A stretch of 64,000 nt of DNA from Podarcis liolepis (lineage: Eukaryota). The notes below the pieces were generated by a model that was not told where the DNA came from, made no database searches, and worked only from the letters and a program-made list of their open reading frames with translations. The translations under genes and the position numbers were made by a program. Positions within the stretch are counted from its first letter, which is position 1. Every line of letters starts with the position of its first letter. Shown here one piece after another: positions 48,401 through 61,600 of the stretch. Where the stretch lies: assembly GCA_965112155.1 (NCBI GenBank), contig OZ218099.1, one strand, 5' to 3'.

Positions 48401-51400
48401 CTTATTCCAGCCCTGAGGAGAGGAATATGCTTCCTCTGGCATCAGACATTTTTTCCTAATAGAAGCTCTTGTACGCATTGTCCAGTACTGGATGCTGACG
48501 AGGGGTGAAGACAAACGTAAAAAGTTTATAGCAGAGGGACTGATTTGGAAGCACACTCACTGTGCTGAATCCAAGCGCATGTTTTCTGACCTCGATTGAG
48601 CTTGTGGGAGGTGGGTGTGGCTTGGTTCTGCAAATTTAATCCAAAGTATCAGGACGTCTCATCTGTCCAAAAGTAAGAAATAAAGTTTTACCTGAGTTGT
48701 CCCTGACATTGTGGGTAACGTTGCTTCTGAAATTTTGATTCCGGCTGCTGATTCTGTGGATCCCTGGGAATCCTCGCTTCTGATCTGCTCTGGGGACAGC
48801 CCATCATTGCTACTATCTTCTTCAAAAGCAAAAGCATCTGAGGATTTAGAGAAGTTTGCTTGGTTACCTGTGGCAGGAAGGAAGAAAAAGACTCAGTGAT
48901 AGATGATTCTGAATGGCAGTAAGTTTTTAACAAGTGTACATGTAGCAAAGCAAACAAGCGATCTTAACACACTACAGTATTCACAGATGTACACTTTCTT
49001 GTTCCTGTCAGGTAGGTAAAGCTGTGATTTATTTGTGCTCAAAGGCAAGTACCAAAGCAGCAAATTCAGTATGGTTGACAAACATTCAACTGAGAACTAT
49101 TATAGAAAACCACTAATGAAGCAGTGGTTCGATAACATGTAAATTGTGTGCTAATAAAATCTGAATTCAGCAATTGGTTCCACTGGCTCTGTTGAAGGTC
49201 CAGCTCCACCAGGCCTTTCTCCACCATCCTGGGAGCAGTCATCCCACCCGAGTGCATCAGACGGAGAGATGGGAAGCATGACTATTGAGAGGGACTAGCT
49301 CCTTGACTCTTCTCCCTGAACTGTTTCCACACCAGCTGGCCCTTGTGAACATTTTGTAAGTTTAAGAACTGCTGCTTCAGCTTGCTTTCCCCCTCCTCAC
49401 TCCATCCTTTCCTCCTTTTGAATTCTGCATTTTAGATCAGAAGCCTGAGGGTTCCCATGTTTCTTAATTGCTCTATAAGCTGCTCTGGAATCATTTTCAG
49501 CTGCAGAACGGGATTACAAATGCTTTAAATAAATAAATAATTCTCAAACATTGGTTACTGGAACTATCTGATTTCCCATGAGGTTCTGATTCTCCGTGGA
49601 ACACACATTTTCAGGAATGTTATTATTTTACTGGGTTTTGTTTTTTTTTTTTTTAAAATGAGGATCTTCTTTCTTTTCAACTGTTTTTGAAGATGTTCAT
49701 GATTTTGTTTGAGGCACTATATTATATGTGCCACAGCTTGCACCCATCAGTCTTCAGACCCTCCCCCCTGCAAGATAGCAGATCTTTAATAAATCCAGAA
49801 CCTTCAAGGATAGCATCATTAGAAGGCTCTTGTTTTTATCCCAAAATTTTACAACTCTGCAGAATGCAATCGTTATCCCATTTCAAATTGCATCGTCTCT
49901 GTATTAGTTCAGATGATTCGTTTTAAAATGCACATTTGTTTTTAAATGCACATTTCAAAGTGGATGTGGCCAAAGTGTAAAAGTGGGCAAGGTCATTCTA
50001 TTTTAAAAAAATATAGGGCACATTTTAAGAGTCTTGGAGGTTGGGGTTACAAAAAAACCCTTTTGACATTCTGGAGTCACAGCTGGGAATTTGTGGGAGT
50101 GGGGAAATAGGAGCAGTCAATTTTTTAAAAAGACAATTGATGGGTGTGTGTGTGTGTGTCTTGGAAGCCCACAAAAAAAATATTGGGGGGGTCAAATGCT
50201 GCTTGTGCACCATGGTGAGAATACTCCAAGAAACTCATCAAGAATGTGCCCCCAAACAATTCACCAAATCAATAGCTTGCATGGTTTTTTCATCCTACAA
50301 CCTCCTTTGAGAAATGCTGCAAAGATGCGACCCATTTTGCTTGTCTGCGAATCAATGTGGCTTATGCCAGATGATGCTTCTCTGCCACTCAGCATACTCA
50401 GTGGGTTCTGGAAAGTGTTCCTGTGCAATATCCCGCAAACTAGCAGGCAAAAGCGCTTGACCCTTGGCTTTTGCTGATAAGTAAAGTGCTGGGAAAGACA
50501 GGCTCTATCACAAAAGCCCCTGCAAGGCTGGAAGACAGAGAGTAGGCAGTGGAAGGAAGGAAGATTCCTGCTACACGCTGTAATCTTTCCAGGGACATGT
50601 CTGGCTTTGATCAAGTTTCTTCCTACTCTGCTAGTGAAGAGGGATTTGAAGAGGGCAGGAATGAAGGAACCATTCTAGGGTGCTAGAATCCTGCTAGCTC
50701 TTCAACATGGATCTGTACTCTCTTATGGGAATTATTCCAAAGGCATTCCCATGGAGGAAACATCAAGAACCCTACATCACATTGCAAGGGACCCTCTCCA
50801 CAGTGAGTCTTTTGTATAGCCTACTGTGCATGGATGTTGCTATAGCACCAGAGGTGCCTTTCCTGGTATTACCTTTGATGGCTTCTTTCACAGCTGAGTC
50901 AACAGGAATGATATTCTTCTCCACCAGCTCCAGAGGACCTGGCCTAAGAGCAATTTTCTCATTTAGATTGTCTGCAAGACGGGCTCTTTTCAGTTTCATC
51001 TGAGTAGCCTGGACAGACCCTTCTGTGGCTGAATCTGTAAAGCCAAATGGTAAAAATATAAATTATTCCACAAAATAACCAGCCTGTGCCACAGCCCCTT
51101 TCCTTTTATCACTTCTAAGAAACACAGGATAAATTCTATGTCAGTTCTTTCCCAGTAATTAGAACCTGAGTGTAGCTGTAACACAAAGCATTTCTCTTGA
51201 ACCATAAAACAACTGTGGCTTGCCAATCAGAAGGTCAGCAGTTTGAATCCCCGCAATGGGGCGAGCTCCTGTTGCTCTGTCCCAGCTCCTGCCAACCTAG
51301 CGGTTCAAAAGCACGCCAGTGCAAGTAGATAAATAGGTACCGCTTCAGTGGGAAAGTAAACAGTGTTTCTGTGCGCTGCTCTGGTTTCGGTGTTCTGTTG

Positions 51401-54400
51401 CCCAGAAGCGGCTTAGTCATGCTGGCCACGTGACCCAGAAAAAACTGTCTGCAGACGAACGCCGGCTCCCTTGGCCTGTAAAGCAAGATGAGCGCCGCAA
51501 CCCCACAGTCGCCTGCAACTGGACTTAACTGTCAGGGGTCCTTTACCTTTACCTTTAACCACAACTAGCCACAGAGTGCAATGATGACAGGTGTGCTTGT
51601 AGATAAGCTTTTCTCACTGCTGATCTGATAAGCAGTCAATTTTAACAATGCTCAAGATACACAGATACACAGTATTACCTGTACATAGTTCCCTGTAGCC
51701 AAACAAATTAATTCCAAGGTTCTCACCCAGTGCACCACACCCTTTATGTGCGTCTGCATACCAGCATGGCTGAGCCACAGTTTGCTGGGGAGTGGGTAGC
51801 ACACAAGCAAACAATCCTTCAAATGCAATGCTGGGCATGGAATCCTATGCAGGAAAATCATTTCTGCAAGCCCAGTAAAAACTTGGTTTCAAGAGCTAAA
51901 TGAGAATTGCAAGAAGCAGTATCTAAAAGAGGGAATAACTTGCTTCATGAGATGTGCATTTCCCCCCAGTTGTATAGTGTGTGCCATACATGCTGGAGCA
52001 GCAATTGCCCCAGCCAGGCTCAAATAAAACCCACCCCAGATTTGTTTATAGAATAACATCATGCAAACATCATCATAAATCAGTTCAATGTTTATTCTTG
52101 TCCCCACCCTGAAGGAACCCAAGGTGGCAAACTAACAAAGATTACAAACATTTTAGAAAAGTTTTAAAACCTAAAATAATTCATAAGCATTCCATAAGCA
52201 GGAGATTGCTACCAAAATGGTCTAGATTAGGGCAATAAAAGGTGCTTTTACACCTTTCTTGAAGAGGGATCAAAAGACACTGAGGCTTACTCAGAACATG
52301 GCAGAAGTGTCTTCTGCTCTTGGCTTGCCACAACTACAAGAAGTCCAAAACATCTAAGGCAGTCTCCCACAACCTGGTGCCCTCTAGAGGATTTGGACTA
52401 CAATTCCCACCAGCCCCAGACCACATCGTCAATGGTCAGGGATGATGGGAGTTGTCCAAAACCCTTGCGGAAGTCTAGACTATTAACATAGAACAGCTCA
52501 TTTGCAATTTGGTGGTGTATTTCTATACTTCCAAACATGTAAAAAGAAACCTCAAGGTCGTGATCCCCATAAAATCATCAATAAAATACACTGCTAACAA
52601 CAAAATTACACCAACAAATTAGTAAATCAGAAATATACACTACTAAACTGGATCACCCTTGAGTAAACAAATGTGTTTTAAGTAGGTACCGGAAATAGCA
52701 ACACTATAGGTGCCTGCCTTACCAGGAGCTCATTCCAAAGGGCATGTGATGTAATACTGAAAGCCCTGGGTTTTTGCAGACATAAGATGAATGTCAGGAG
52801 TAAGCAGCACCTTTAAGAGTGTCTCCCCCAGGGATTGAAGTGACTGGGTAGGGATATACAAGATTAGGTGGTCCCAAAGATAATCTGGTTATTAAGGACT
52901 TTGTATGCTAATAGCAAGATCTTAAACTTATTCATTCAATCTTACCCTGTAAAATGTGCATATCAACCAGTTCTGAGCGCTCAGGTCTGTTTCGGGTCTT
53001 GTGCTTTAAATAATCTTCAGTCTACAGAACATAAGAACAGAGATCATTACCTCACTAGCTTGATTTAAAGTGCATTAGGCAATGCTTCTTTAAAAGGATT
53101 CAGTCAGACTTGGTCTAAATGACGTTCATTTTAGTTAACATTTGTTCTTCTCTGGTAGGACCCACACCAAAAGATTCAAGTTACAGGAAAAGAGATTTCA
53201 GCTCAACATCGGGAATAATTTTCTGATGGCAAGAGCTGTTTGACAGTGGAACCGACTAGGCAGAAGCCATCTGCATGCTTTAGTTGAGATTGCAGGGGTT
53301 GGACTAGATCAGGGGTCTGCAACCTTTAAGACAAAAAGAGCCGCTTGGACCCGTTTCCGAAGGAAAAAAAACTGGGAGCCACAAAACTCGTCATTATAAA
53401 AATAACTTTTTTGTCACTTTTTATTATTTCTTTGTTTGACCCCTCAGAATTACTCCTCCTCATAGAAATAAACGTTAAATTAACAAGTTACCTTTTTGTG
53501 TGTGTGTGTTCTTCACTCCCCTTCAAAACAGTGACCAGCGTACATGCCCCTTTCAATGCAGTGACCAGTGTACATGCTCCTTACAGTGTAGCGGGCGGGC
53601 GGGAAGGTGACGTCGGGAAGGTACGTGACTAACGCACACACCGCCCCCATGTGACGTCACAGCCAGTACAGTGCCCGCCACAGTGGGGAGTGTCGGGGCG
53701 CACAATGCGCCTCCTCCTCTCGCTAGTATCCGCCCCGGAGCCATGGCAAAGGTGTAAAAGAGCCACATGCGGCTCCGGAGCCGCGGGTTGCAGACCCCTG
53801 GACTAGATGACCCTCAGGGTCCCTTCCAATTCTATAATTATCCCACAACTTTTTGTCTGGATACTGAATGTCTGTAGGCTAGGACTTGGATCTTTTAAGA
53901 GCTCCATTTGTGCAAACCCGAACTTTTGGCAGGTTTCCCAGAATGCAAGTAACTTATAATTGGCACGAAGGAATCATAATACTACACCAACTTTTAATAT
54001 GCACTATATTCAGCACAATTTCAGTTTAGCTTACGGCACAGATCTTAAACAAGTGTAAAATTCAGCCCTAAGTACCCAGCTGTATCAAAGTAAATTTATT
54101 TACTTCACTAGAACTCATCTAACAGCAGCTCTGTTGTGTTTTAGCTAATAGGTATTTAAAATCCACCGCAATTAAATTGGTGTAGTTTCATGTTGTGTGT
54201 GAACAAAGATTTTCAAGTAGGTTTCCCATCAGTCCCTCTCAACCAAACTAGCTGTGAAGTGTTCTGATATTGCTTCCCCCTGCCAGCCCCCAGGCCCCTC
54301 CCCAGCTGAATAAAGGCTTAGAATATATTTTTGGTTCTACTTCTCCCTAAACGAATGTAGTTTAGGGCTTTTGACTCATATAATCCTTTTTTCTTCCAGG

Positions 54401-55622
54401 CAATCGGCCAGTAGAAGCCTTTGAAGGGAGACTGTGAGATATTAACCTATGCCTGAACATTGAAATATAGGGTACTTCTAAGATACTTCAGACTTCTTGA
54501 AGTGTTCTAAGCACATTTATTTTTCACAGGGGGCTATACATCCTTCCTTACGTTGGTCTTGAATTTTTGCAGGACACTCATATACAATAATGTAACATAG
54601 GCATCTTCTACATGTGTGCAGGTTTTTGATAAATGCCTATACATAAATTTCATCAAGAGTTTTGAAAGTAAGTTAATATATATGTACACAGAATTGTAGA
54701 GACTATAAAAGGATTCACTTGTTTGGCTTCCTGACCTAAATTTCCTCTACATATTAACTCCTATACCATAAACAGAGGAAATAACGGATAAGGTGCACCA
54801 CAAGTTCTCATTAAATGGGACAAGTTAACAGACGGCAACTACTACTACTAATACAAATTCTGAGCAAATCAAGTCATAGTTTCTAGGACATTACAAAGTT
54901 ACCATATACTATTGTCCATCTAGCCCAGCATTGTCTATTGTAACTAGCAGCATATCTCCATATCTCTTTACCAATCTTGCTGCTGGTGTTATTGGACCCG
55001 GGTCGTCATCCGTGCAAAATACCAGCTTTAAGAATGAGCTATAGGCCTCTCTATATATGGATTGTATTCTTTATCTAAGAGAACTGCTATCAGTCTTGGA
55101 AAAGGCTTCTCTAAGCAGACAGTTCCCCAATTTCCCCCTTTGCCAAACTGCAAAATTCAGAGAAACACAAATTTTGAAGGATGGCATTGTTTAAGTTTGC
55201 GTATTATTTCTGAAATTGCAAATTAGGTAGGTTCGCCTTTAAATGTAAATGGAATCAAATTTCTGCGCCCCCCCCCCCCCGCTGCACCTCTAGTAAGAGC
55301 CTTGGCTGGAGACTTGCAGCAGGGAAAGCTTGAGAATATCTTGTACTTTCTCTAAATAAGACCAGATCACCAGCTCTTCCACTAGTGGGGTAGGTGGGCG
55401 GGGGGGAACTGCCTCTTAATCTTATCTTTCTCATTAGCTTTAATTAACAGCGCCTAAACTCTGCTTGATAACTGGTGCCAGCAAGAGACAAGAGTACAGG
55501 TTAAGAACAGCCCAAAAGCACTCTGCAGTGTCACAAGAAGAGAAGGGCAATATGGTGCACTGCAGACATCAGGCACAAGGTTTCCTACTGGGGATATATA
55601 TATATATATATCAATCACAAAG

Positions 55623-55665
<43 letters not shown>

Positions 55666-58600
55666 CACACCACAAAGCCACTTTCTCATGGGACATGTGC
55701 CAATTAAGTTTAGAGCCCTGTAAAGGTGTGCTAAAGGTATAGTAGTATCTGCAGAAATGAATCCAGTGATTTTCCAACATTCCACTCACATTCCTGCACA
55801 TGGCCACAACCTTCTCAGCAGCTAGTTAACCTGCATGATGCCATCTCCAGCCACCCCCTCTGATGCCTACCCAGGGTTACCTTGGCTCTCTCCAAACTCT
55901 TCTTTTGCTCATGGAAGGGAGAGGGGTTTTTCAGCGCTGCAATCAGAAACAGAGAAAAGCACAATGAGCACAGCGAGCAACAAGTACATTTTCAGCATTG
56001 TGCCATTGTAACAAAGTTCCACAAAATTAGCCACACAAATCAGCCAGCCCCTTTATTGCATCAAATGAAAATGGATGAGGAATAACCACAGACATTCCCA
56101 GGCCAGGCTGTGGCAGTGGAAACGAGGCAGAGAGGAGCAAAGACACAGATGGTAACTAAAGCAGGGGGAGAGCTGAGAGCTGTTTGGAGACAGCCATCTT
56201 TTTTAAGGCATCTTAGAGGGAGGTGAGTGGCCTGGCGGTAAAGTGCAGCCTGTCCAGTATCCAAACACATTGGGTGAGAAGCTCAAGAGACAGAGCCTTG
56301 CACGTTAATCCTAGACGCATTTGGGGAGCTTGGTTTCAGTGGAGTTGACTTCCAGCTAAAGTGATCAGTCGGGGAGGAAGGATCTAGTTATGGAGAGGAC
56401 CACCAGTGAGATTAATGTCCAGAGGAGACCCGCTAATAAAATTGAGAGTCTGAGTCTCATTGTATCACATGGGTGTCAGCAGCACATACAAAATCAGCAA
56501 GAAGGATAAATTGCTCCATTCTGTCACACATTCTTTTCAACAATGAGCTCTCCTTCCTTCATCCATTGGCAAAATCTCCTTCTCGATATAAGAGAGTGAG
56601 CAGAATGCTCCAGTAAATTCTGATACTCTCCACCAGTGCCTGCTCTGTGTTCTGAACCACATTCCAGATATTTGTTTGGAGGACATATTTGTTTCTTCAG
56701 ATTGCAGTTCCATCGAGATAAAAAAAAGAGGGTCGCCTCCTCCACCATATCTTAACGCCCTCCAGTGATAAACATGCTGTTAGGATTGAATCACAACTCT
56801 GTATTTGTCCTACAGGAATAAATGGCAGCAAGGAAAAGGTAGGGGCAAAACCTGCTCCTTGAACTCCACTCCCCAACTGGCAGCCCAGCCTTTTCCTATC
56901 TGCATAGTCTCATCATGGAGCCTTTTCCCCCTCTCCCTACCATCAGTGTTGGCTAGTTCTCACTGACTAGGAAATTTGTACTTCGTTGTACTCTATCACC
57001 AAGGGGGAGGCTGTCCCAGTGTGTTCACAGGCTTCGTGAAGATGACTTGGCACACAGTTCCCAGCTCATTTGGGTCTCACTCTCTGAACCATTTCTGGGT
57101 CTTGCTATTTCTTCTGTGTCATGGGTTAAGGGCATGAGAGGAAAGCATCGTTCTTCCCAAAGCTGCGCAAAAGCTCTTTATCTCATGGCTGAATTGTAGC
57201 CTAGTTATTTATACAGTGAAAGTTGTCCAGAATCCAAAAATAAAGATTGCGGACACAATTCTCATCTCCATTTTAATAAGTGTCAAATTATTGTTTGTTT
57301 GTTTTCTTTGCACAAAATGTGACTGGGAGCACAGTCAAACTGTGGGATAGGAAAATCAAAGGCCAAGAGAATTATATATTGTGTGATTTTTATTTATTTA
57401 AAAACCCTCTTTTTTCAATAAAATAAACAAAACAACCCAAACTGCTTTTAACAAATGGCTTCTCTAGTCCCCACATGCCAGTTGTTACCTCCCGTCACCA
57501 AACGGATTTATTGTCAGAGTTATGAGTCATTTTGCATTGACGCAATTGGATGAGCTAATTTATTATTTGCCTCCTGTAGTTAACTAGATCCTAAAGCACG
57601 ATAGATATTTTGTTTTATTGAAGACTCAAACCCTGCGCAACTAAAAGGCCAAACAAAAAGAAGAAAAAAATATTAAAGTGAGTGAGTAAATAAAAAAGTG
57701 TCACAGAGCACCAAAGGCAAAGTTAGAGGAGACACCTCAGTGGTAAAAGATGGTTGTAAAACAGATTCTGGTAAACTTTATAGGGTGAAAACCATCCTAC
57801 TTTCAGATATTGCAAGAGCAATCTGAGAAGCTGGTACACCAGTGCAGAGGCCTGGTTCACAGCTAGTGGGATGGTGGGAAGAGCTTTGAGAGAGCATTCG
57901 ATAAAAGTAATCTGCAAGGCAGAAAACCAGTGTTGCTCTTCTGCACAGCTCAATTAATGCACATTACAGAACGCTAAAGTTATGTAGGATCCATGACAAA
58001 GGATGGACGCAAAACAAAGGGACCTTTGCCAAGAGGATTGATGTGAATTCTGCAGACAAACCAACAGCATATGGTTGTCTGAGAAAAAAATCTATGTCAA
58101 TATGGGGTTGAATGTGTTGGTTCTTCCATGAGGGAAGTCGTGGCAGTAGTGGAAGTTTAGAAGTTAAAGTCTGGAGTGAGAGTACAATGATGAAAGGAGA
58201 ATTACACACATAGGATTGTATCCAAAGTAGCATTGAGTAATATTTTCTGACAGAACAAGGATTTCCACTTGCACAGCTGGACTTACCTCCTCTCCCCTCT
58301 TGTGTGCTTCCTAAATCTGTTTTAGGGGCTCTCCAAACTCTCCAGCAGAGTAGATTTGGGGAGTGAGTTGGACACAAAGGAGGAAAAAGTCCCAATGTGC
58401 AAGCGGAAATCCTTGTGCTGATGGACCACGTGAGTGGGGAGATACTGCCCCACAACACAGACCTGTCCTGAGCCTTCAGTTATCACCATTTTTAAGAGCA
58501 TGTGCATTGAATAATGAGTATTGCAATTAAACATAATTAACTTTCTCGTTGTGCCTGCCAGGAAAGGCTACTGCTTTTGGCCATAGGGGTGGGAAGTGTT

Positions 58601-61600
58601 TTGTTTTCACAGAGAAAAGAAATCAGGAAATTGCTATAATTTTAAAAGACAAATAATAGATTTGAAATCTTATAGTTTATAGCCATTTTGATTTTAAAAG
58701 AGTGACATGAAGTTTGAATGCTCTGGTTTGAGAGGAAGGGTCCCAGTGAGAGTGCCACCATGGCGTTAAGAGAGGCTTGTCAGCTGTGTGACTTGCTTGC
58801 CGATGATAAATAGTGGCAAATCAATAATGATTAAAACTGTGTCTATCACCCAATCATATGAATCTTTGTTCATATGAGTTTGGGTACATTGATTAATTTA
58901 TTGATTAAACTTGCATACATTTGCATATGAGATAAAAATGGTTCTAAAGAAAAACATACTTTGTTTTAAAATTATGCCCACAAGTGGCACAGTAGGCCTC
59001 ATCTTTGAAGAGCTGTCCCCTGTTCTATCACACACAGAAGGACATGACGCTGCTTGACATCTGAAACGTCTTTAAGTACTTATGTTAAAAACTGATAATG
59101 TAGATATACCAATTTGGAGGCAGCTTGTCAGCTGATCAAATTAAACCTATTAACCTAACCAATTAACTGACTAAATCCTGAACCCCTACTAACACCACTA
59201 ACTAACTGACTGCATTGACACACCACAGTAAATGCTTTTGCCATAAACACAGGTGATGGTTTAAACATAAACACACAGGGGCTTCCTGTTTTGATCATTC
59301 CCTAGCAGGAAGAACAAAACATAATCCCTAGTGTTACATCTGAATTGGAGATATCAGTTGTTTCACTCCAAGCAATGTTTGACTTAGTTTGAGTGAAACA
59401 AATCACAATCCTTGGCTCAGATATTATTAGGGATGTAAGAAAACATCACTTTCTGTTCTGACCTCTATTTGTTGCATGTAGCACTGTTTATGTTCCACTG
59501 CGCTTTGTCTTCCACAAAAAACCACTTTATCTGTATTTCCATCCACTGTGTCAAATTATGTACCTTATGTAATTTACATGCAAATTATGTTGCTGTGATG
59601 TTATTCCCCCCTATTCATTTCAACGCAAAGAAAACACAATGCAAGTAGGGGTGGGGAAAAGTAATAATTCATGTATCTTCTGTGGACTGAAAGCAGCAAC
59701 AACAACAAGTGGATTTCCATTTTGGACATGGGATGAATAAGTGAACATTGGCAATTTCCACTCCTGTTTCCATTTTTCTTGGAATTCTGCAGCATCCCCA
59801 GATGTAATGTTAAGCCAGGGATTGTGCTCATGCTTGTAATAGGGGAGCAGCAAAGCAGGTGTGATCTCCACATTCACAACAAACCATTATCTGTGGTTTG
59901 TATTAATTGTGAACTGGGCAATGAGGCTTCTATATAGGCTTAGGAGCCTTGTCAATGTGAGAAAAGGCATCAAAGGAGAAGGCAAAACAAAAACCCACCC
60001 TTAAATTAGGAGGGCTGGAAGACCTAATACTATGGACATGTGCAGAAAATGTGATTTATTTGCTATATTTATATATGCTGCTCCTCATTTTTTGTGAGGT
60101 TCTCAGTGGTCTCCTATCCAAGTCCACACTCACTTAGTATCAATCAAGTTACATCATGTATTCCCAAGGGATTTGCTGGGCAGTGACTGCAAACGGGATG
60201 TAGTTGGGTGTAATTCTCTAACTACCTACCATTGATGAATATGTGAGTGCCCAGGAACAAAAGTAATCAATGGGATCTCTTCCTACAACATAGGAAGCAT
60301 GATTATATTAAGGGCAATTACCTTGCCCTTTCTAAGTTTTGCATAAACCGATTAGGAAGGCAGTCGAGAAATGGGCAAAGATGTGTACTTTTTGTCAAAC
60401 TCACCAGACAGGTATGAGATGCATGTATTTATCATGGGTCCTTGGGCGTTTTTTATATCCTTCAAAATGCATCTAGGGAAATGTCATATCTGAAATAGCC
60501 CTAAGCACATACTAGTTGAAGCCCATGGTCAAGCACTGTGTCCTAGAAAGAGAGATGTTTGGGACTGTGGAAGAGGGGGAGATGAAATAAGGTGAAAAGT
60601 CTGGAGTCATGGTGGTAACCCATTTGCCTCGGACGCCTAAACAAATGCTGCTATTCTTGCCTCCATACCCCTTGCCACTTTCTTTCTCCCTCTCTTTGAG
60701 GAGTAAAATGCCTTTTAGGGGGTAAACTAGCAGCCTTTATGGGGTGTCAGAACATCCCCTGACAGTTGGCAAACACCAATGACACCTCATTTTTGCAGAA
60801 CATGACAGTTAATTCTGATAGTGGGATAGGATTAAACCTGCCAAGAACTTTGGGCAATGTATTAAATAAACAAGTCTATGTGGATCCACTCTGTCACACA
60901 TAACATGCTGTACCTGCACTACATACACTGAAATGCCTCATGAAAATGCCAAACTGCTGCATGCACCATTCGTATGGAAGCGACAGACATTCCATGCCAA
61001 CAATGTAGAATGTTTTGCAGGAGGTGGCTTAAGAGGAAAGCAATAGCAGAGGCCAACTACAACATGCGGCACCCAAAGGCTTAGGCAGTCACTGTGTGTG
61101 GCTCAGAATCAGTGTGATCCAGCAGAGAGAGAGAGAGAGGGGGTGGGTGCTTGGGGTGGGAGACCTGGATTCAGATCCTAGTTTGACCATGGACTCACTG
61201 GGTGGCCTTGGGCAAGGTGTTATCTCTCTCAGTCTCAGTTTCCCCATCTGCAAAAAATTGGAATAACAATGACCTGCCTCATAGGGTTTTGCAAGGTGCC
61301 CTACATCCTAAATGAGTTATGAAAATGATACAGTATAGTCTACTTCAGGAATAATCAAGCCCAAACTCCCTTTCCTGTGAGGCTCATTAGAATCCTAGAT
61401 TTTGGGATGCATGTGTAAGTAATCTTCTAGTCCCGAGTTTAACAGTAATTGCAGTAACAAGCTGAGTATGTGATGGCAAAAATTCCATGCAATCTGTAGT
61501 GCCGGACCAGTTGCTCAACTCAATCTCTTGCTTATGATTGTACCAGAAATAAATAATTTTTGCAGCAGTACAGACTTCTCAGGGTGGGCACTATGTAAGA

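Noticed and set aside
58287-58330. Alternative 44-nt stop-containing exon 2a candidate with donor gag|gtaagt
   Set aside because: It needs a GAG acceptor with competing upstream AGs and a poor pyrimidine tract, so it is weaker than the 57640 site, though not excluded without RNA data.
59140-59215. ACTAAC cluster as QKI sites controlling MYOCD splicing
   Set aside because: The motifs are on +, antisense to the MYOCD pre-mRNA.
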